Positions 34,432 through 40,424 of a stretch of DNA of 40,424 bases are shown piece by piece. Below the pieces are notes generated by a model. The model had not been told where the DNA came from and ran no database searches. It was given only the letters and a program-made list of their open reading frames with translations. The stretch's first letter is position 1. Every line of letters begins with the position of its first letter. The stretch comes from Catajapyx aquilonaris (lineage: Eukaryota). The DNA is taken from positions 1 through 40,424 of the forward strand of contig JYFJ02003531.1 in assembly GCA_000934665.2 (NCBI GenBank), in the 5' to 3' direction. The position numbers and the translations under genes were made by a program.

Positions 34432-37400
34432 ACATATGAAGAACTGGAACAATATATATAGTTTTTAAATTCAATAATTTCAATAATTCACCTTGATAGA
34501 GGTGGTTGCATAGACTTTTCTTGATATACTATTCTTCCCAGACTATCTACCGTTTTTTTGTTCAATTCAATAGATTGATACTGTCGTCCAACCACGAGCC
34601 AACTACTTTACGAGTTACGGTTCATGGAATTTCTCCGTTTTCCGGGGAAGACTTTTCAATCTGCAAGATTGAAGGCACTTTTCCCTTTTTATTCCGCCAA
34701 TGAATGCTTTTTATGCATCGTAGTTATTTGTCATATTGAGAATATAACACAACTTTCATACATAATGTGTCCATAGAGTACAAACAGACTCGTAAATATC
34801 GGATGATGGCTGCGATGGATGAAAACTGCTGCAGTGTGACTGTCCATCATAGAGGGCGCATCCGTCCTCTCATACCACTACTGCCACTCTCAGGTCGTGC
34901 CAGGTACAGCTCAGACAAACAAACGGAAAGAGAGACAGAGGCGATTACATTGTGTGATGACATTGACCACAAATAATTCTGGCAATGTCAGTTCCTAATT
35001 TTATACCTTGCTAGAGTGCTGATGGTCGCCTGAGTCCTTTTTACCATACATGTATCAACTAGTTTCTAAGTGAATTGAAAGCAAAATTCTCTCTGGCTTG
35101 ACTTCCTTCTTCCTGACAATCGATCCTCCCTGGTGGAGAGACAATTGAGCTGAAGAATGCGGGGGAGAGGAACGTTGTGGTTGGCTGAAGGAACCGGAGG
35201 TTAAAAGAAGAAGAGGGTTTAAAAAATGACAATGCCGACAGGTACTTCTGCCACCCCTGGATGAATAATTACCACCAGGTTTTCCACCCGCATTCCTAAA
35301 CTCCAAGACATTCCAAGTTGCAATTAGATATATCTTTTTTTACATTATTTTCTTCTTGGTAAGATAGAGACGTCATATCGTGGTCCTTGCGACCCTGCAG
35401 CACAATTTGTCAGTAGGAGTATAGCCGTCGTTCTCCTGATGTCTCCTGCCGATAGTTCAACCATCATAAGTTACCCGTAGTACGTGTGGGTGTCATCGAT
35501 AAGAAAAATTCCGGTTCTTCAAGACTCAACAACACAACAGTTTATTCCCCAACGACTTTCGATAGTTAAAAAAAACTTGGCCAAAATAGTCAAAATGTGT
35601 ATCGTCAGGTAATTGACCCGGACCACCCCCAAAAAGGACAACGACTTATTGGCAAGGAAGGTCATGTCCCCCCGATTTATACTGCTCTTTTTCAACTGGT
35701 CCTCACACACTTTAGTCCTGAAGATATTCTAGGCTGATAAATGTTTCTGGATCCTGACAATGGAGACCTAGCGCTTTAACTTGTTTGTTAGAAGCGTTTG
35801 GGTCAGTCGGTTTCAAACGGATTAGGAGAATTGATAGGTTGCGGTTTTTTGTGTGGTGTCCTATTATGTTTTTATAGCCCGATGAATTGCTTTCGGTTGT
35901 AAGAAAAATTACCGTTTGGTTATTACTGCGGTGGTAAGCTTAGTAGTTGGTTGACCCCAGTTCGTTACCAGTGAAGCCAAGACATTTGAAAAGTGTAGCC
36001 ATTTTGGCTACAGAAAAAAAATCGCGGCAATGTGACCTATATTCAGTCACGGCTTAATATCATATAATTAATTTTAATTTCCTTTAATCGTTGCAGTAAT
36101 TCTGATTGCAATATTAGGTGGCATATCTAGTTCAGTAATATAAATTAATACAGCCTTAATCGTCTCACCAAAACGCAAACCAGGCTCTATATCTAAAACC
36201 CTCCCATAAATAATATTCTTATTGACCCAACTTTCCCATTATATCAGGAAAAGATCCCATGTAGCGCGAGAACCCTGCACAAATCAGCCACTTATAAAAA
36301 AATATACCAGCCAAAACTTATCGTCGCCGAGACAGCATGAATAAAAAATGAAGCTTATTCAAGAAGTTCAGCCAAGTTGTGCAAGTCTGGGGCGGTATAT
36401 GGCTCACTATATACAGTCTTTCGTTGGCTCTGGTCATGGTCGGAGGAAGGGAAAAGGATGTTTGATTTTAATGGGCGAGGATGCCACTGATATTGTTGGT
36501 AGTGAATATGAACTTTGAATGAATCGACGTATCGATGCAACATGCTTTTCTGCTCTTTCGCCTCCTGCGGAAAAGGATGACCTCGGAGGTCAATATTTAG
36601 TCCAATGTGCTAAAAACCTTCCCCGTTAAAAACTACCCCTAATGATCACCCTGGCTCATACGTCGAGGCCTCCGTATTGATTTGCATCGGGAACAAGGGG
36701 ACATACGTTGTGAAATATGTATAAAAATGTGATGTTCTTAAACAGCCCTATGGGCAATGGGGAGTTAATGTAGTTTGAAAACAATAAAAGTTCATTATCT
36801 CATCTGAGGAGGCCAATCACGCCTCGGCTAGCAGGGTCGACTGGTTGTCAATTTAATTGAACTTTTTGTTGTTTTAAATTTATTTATTGGTTACTTATGC
36901 GTGTGTAATTTTTCTACACGAATTTAATTTCTACGTGTTTTGGATTTATTTACGTTCCTAAATTTATTTAAAATTGTGCAACCACTTTTTACCAAATCAT
37001 CGATTGAATAATGATGCATGGTCTTCATTAACACCGGAAACACCCTTCTGTACCGATAAGAAGGTGGGCTAAAAAAAAACAATCTTCCTTGGAGTAATAA
37101 GTGGCCGTAGCATTCCAATGCACGCCTGGAGGCCCGGTTGTAAGACCGAGATTGGGCGGAACACTTCTCTGAATGCTCTACGGTGCTAATGAGACCTCCA
37201 GAAACACTTTATTTCCAACCCAACGGGTTTCTCTGTATGCCATATTTCATTAAGTATTACCTCCCATTTTCCAACCCAGGTGTCACTTAGCTGGATTTGA
37301 TCTCTGACCTTGCGGACTTATACCATCATAATTGCGACGCTGCACATATCTACGAGGAAGGAAAACCCTTTTTGGACTGGCTGGAGGAACAAGTCGGACC

Positions 37401-38107
37401 GGTTCAAAAGGCATTTTTGTGTGCAAGGAGACGGTTTTACGACCCGTTGGGGACCCTGCTCAAAATGTGTAGGAATAAATGACATATGAATTTTATCAAG
37501 TGCGTGGAGTTGCAATTTTTTTTGTGTGTGGACCACGAGTGTTAAATATCGTCTCTTCCTCTTTATGAGACCGATTCAATGGCTTCTCTCGCAATTTCAC
37601 ACAACTCTCGCGTGCCATCATCTTCCACGCCTGGGAGAAATTCAACTGCGTCTTGAGATATATAGGGTTGGAAGAAAATGGCCACAAAAGTATCCCCCCC
37701 AAACCAAAAGAATTTGATATACTGTACGTTGAAATGGGCCAACTTTGAACAAATTTATTTTTAAAATTAATTTCTTGGATATATAGTATCGATTATGTTA
37801 TTAATGTAATGGGTGTTTTGGCACCGGTTTTAATTTCGGATAAAGTGTAGATTGGGAATGCGATGGTTGATTAATGTGCGCTTAGTGATGTCCACTGTGG
37901 TCTGATGAAAGGCAGGACATTTTTCTTCCTGTCATCTCAGTATGTACCGGGTACCTACGTGGATCGGAGTAAAAAATAGCTAAGGAGATGGACTTGCATC
38001 AATCATTAGCCAATTATGACAAGTGAATGATGATGGAAGGGCTTCATGAAGCAGGGGTCTCCTCTTGGTGCTTTATGATGTCCCCGTTTCGCAATTATGA
38101 TATTAAG

Positions 38108-38178
38108 TTCATATGAATTAATGTCCATTTTTCTGATCTTTTCAGGTAAGCGCCATCTCTGAATCATCTTTCGTAAGT
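38108..38178 (+). promoter_or_regulatory. Candidate recursive splice site (3'SS/5'SS fusion CAG|GTAAGC at 38145/38146) with a downstream cryptic donor GTAAGT at 38173
   Basis: AG-free zone 38108-38143, pyrimidine tract TCCATTTTTCTGATCTTTTCAG, then immediately GTAAGC; same strand as the SLC16-like exon. Confidence 0.55.
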
Positions 38179-40363
38179 AGACCCCCAGTGTTTATTTTTG
38201 ATCAACCGTTTGTGATGTAACGTGGCGTTTGTATCGCGGTGAATGGCCTGGATACCGATACCCTCAGGGCCACTCTCTCTCAGAAGTCTTGCTATGAATG
38301 AATCTAATCCAGGATCGATGTGAGAGAGCTACGTCACTAAGGGAAAAAAGTGGTGGCTTCTGGCAACACTCGGAAGATGGCCCACGAAGCTCAAGCCTTG
38401 TTCGAAAAGACTCTGTTCCGGCCACGAGATGGCAGGCCGGCTCCGTTATACAATCATGGACACTGTCGACACTAATCATTGTTAGTCATTATTAGATGGG
38501 AAGAAATTGTTTTAATTTTTTAATTTTTTTTACGTTACCCCATGATAGGGCCAGAGGCCCTTATAGGGGGGTGGAATACCACCAAAATTAGTTTTAATTT
38601 ATTAAATTCGATTGAACAGTATTACTTGGTGATATGTATACATTTCTTAGGCGGTTTTTAATTATTTATATTATAATATTGCAACTTCATGCTATAAAGC
38701 TTGACAATGCAGAGTGACGTGGGATGCTTCATGACATCGTCAAATATTGTCATCTGCGGCAATTAGACTTGCACAATTGACATTAATATCAACACTCATG
38801 TATTTATTCAAAATTGCTCAAAATTCTCAAAATATTTAAATTCTTGACTATATGCACTGGTTGTTGTTGCAAAACAAACAGTTTCCACGTGAGTCTTTCA
38901 TCGAATACCATGTAGAAGCTCCACCACACCATGTTTTACGTCACTTGGCATTTGAGCACCACAATAAAAGACCCTGGAAAAAAAAGCCCCAGGGTTGTGT
39001 CGAAGCTCAATGATCTTTCCAGGCACTTGGAGAGAGCACAGCAGTTAGGAACGACTTTAGTTGAGCAGAAAACTTCTCAGATAACACGAGCTTCATCGGA
39101 ACCGATTGTGTTCACCAGTTCGAAATAAAAGGGGCCTTCCAAGACCCAAACTTTTTTTTTTTTTTCCTCCGCCATCTATATTCTAGGACAGCTCCTATTT
39201 TTACAGATCTGACTGTGTAATTCGACACTCAAAATGGCGAAATAGGACTGATCAGGATGCAGGCAACATATTCATTAAATCCTACTGCTGATTGGAATTC
39301 CAATTCCGTAGAAGTCCCCGCCCTTTTGATTACTTGATACTGTCTAGAGCTCCAGGAATTTATTCACGATAGAGCCTATAAGAAAAGAATGATGTAATTT
39401 GTACAAAAAAATAGGTTTAAAAAATTCGCCATAACGTTTCTTAAAAGGCGAAGAAGCTTGTAATTTATCTACGATTTATGCAGTGACATGCCCTATTGTC
39501 GCCACAATCATGCCACAATGGCCTGCAGACCCCCCGCTTTTCTTCACTCGTCCCAATATTTATCACTCGTGTCGTGAAAGGCCCATCTGATAACAGAGTA
39601 GCTAACTGAAGGACCACACCGCACAGAAAATATACTCGTACATAAAATTTATTCGGCGTTAATCCATGAATTATATCAAATCCGGTTGATTCGCTCGTAA
39701 TTTAAGTGACATTGAAGTTAAAGAGGGATTGGTAGCAAACACACCAGTTTGTCTCAATGGGGATTCCAATGGCTTCGCAGGAAATTACCTTCGAATCATT
39801 TAAACAAAAAAACATAGAAAAACGTAAGTAAAAGTAATTGGACCTCATGGTGGGAACAGTCCACACTGAATTAGCCAATTGTCACAACACGACTCCGGAA
39901 ACCCATAAAAAGAAGTCTTACATAGCTGGAAGCCACGCAATTCCGGTGTTCGAACGTAGGGTACCTTCCATCTTCATCATACGGTACATTTAGGTCCGAC
40001 TGAAAGGTTTGTGTGGTTGAGATCGGGAACGGTCCAACTTTGGACGGGTTCATTAAAGACTAATTGGATCACTCCTCTAGCTGGATAGTGGGGATGAGAC
40101 CGGTTCTGGGCCAATGATGATGATGATGATGAGACCTGGAGTCACATGGTGGGAATATCTAGGACTGTTCAAGTAGCAGGTAGGAGCTACAAATGGGTGA
40201 TAAAGGAAGCTGTAAATAAAGGCGTTGGTCCAAAGTGTATGTTGGTAAATGGTAAGTTAAAAATATATAAATAAATTGCGTATATGTTGCTAACAAACGT
40301 AACGAATCTGAAGCGCCCTCGCGGCGAATGGCCCTAGTGGCCCTAGCGGCGAATGGGGTTAAA

Positions 40364-40410
40364 CTAACCTAACCTAACCTAATCTAACCTTAACCTATAA
40401 CCTAACCTAA
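40364..40410. repeat. Degenerate (TAACC)n / (TTAGG)n array, probably internal to a repeat element running off the window
   Basis: CTAACCTAACCTAACCTAATCTAACCTTAACCTATAACCTAACCTAA. Confidence 0.85.
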
Positions 40411-40424
40411 TATGTTTAGCCCCA

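Larger units (their letters stand above)
15350..40424 (+). other. Probable long intron (at least 25 kb) of the SLC16-like gene
   Basis: Starts at the GT donor at 15350. No downstream ORF or exon encoding TM2 onward of an MCT was recognised in the window. The region is full of repeats and lacks long ORFs. A short exon could have been missed. Confidence 0.6.

Noticed and set aside
37261..37290. Acceptor-like CCCATTTTCCAACCCAG|G as the next MCT exon
   Set aside because: In phase 1 it reaches TAG after three codons, and the downstream peptide is not MCT-like.

Overview
This is eukaryotic (animal, probably arthropod) genomic DNA, AT-rich and almost entirely intronic or intergenic. There is no operon, rRNA or CRISPR array, and nearly all ORFs in the track look like chance ORFs. 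The one well-supported coding segment is a + strand exon (ATG 14767, donor after 15349). It encodes the long N-terminal tail and first transmembrane helix of an SLC16/monocarboxylate-transporter-family MFS protein (motif PEGGWGWVVV). I could not find the next canonical exon, which implies an intron of at least 25 kb. The rest is MITEs and palindromic elements, a dispersed repeat in three copies, a decayed piggyBac-like relic, possible LINE relics and micro/minisatellites. The most notable observations are: a perfect palindrome built from two inverted copies of the tRNA-Lys(CUU) 3' end/LTR primer-binding site (6841-6889); a textbook recursive-splicing (AG|GT) site with a cryptic exon in the long intron (38145/38146); a six-unit tandem array of CTCF-type motifs (3079-3176); and 14-3-3, CaMKII and beta-TrCP motifs in the transporter tail. 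All calls were made by eye, with no database searches.
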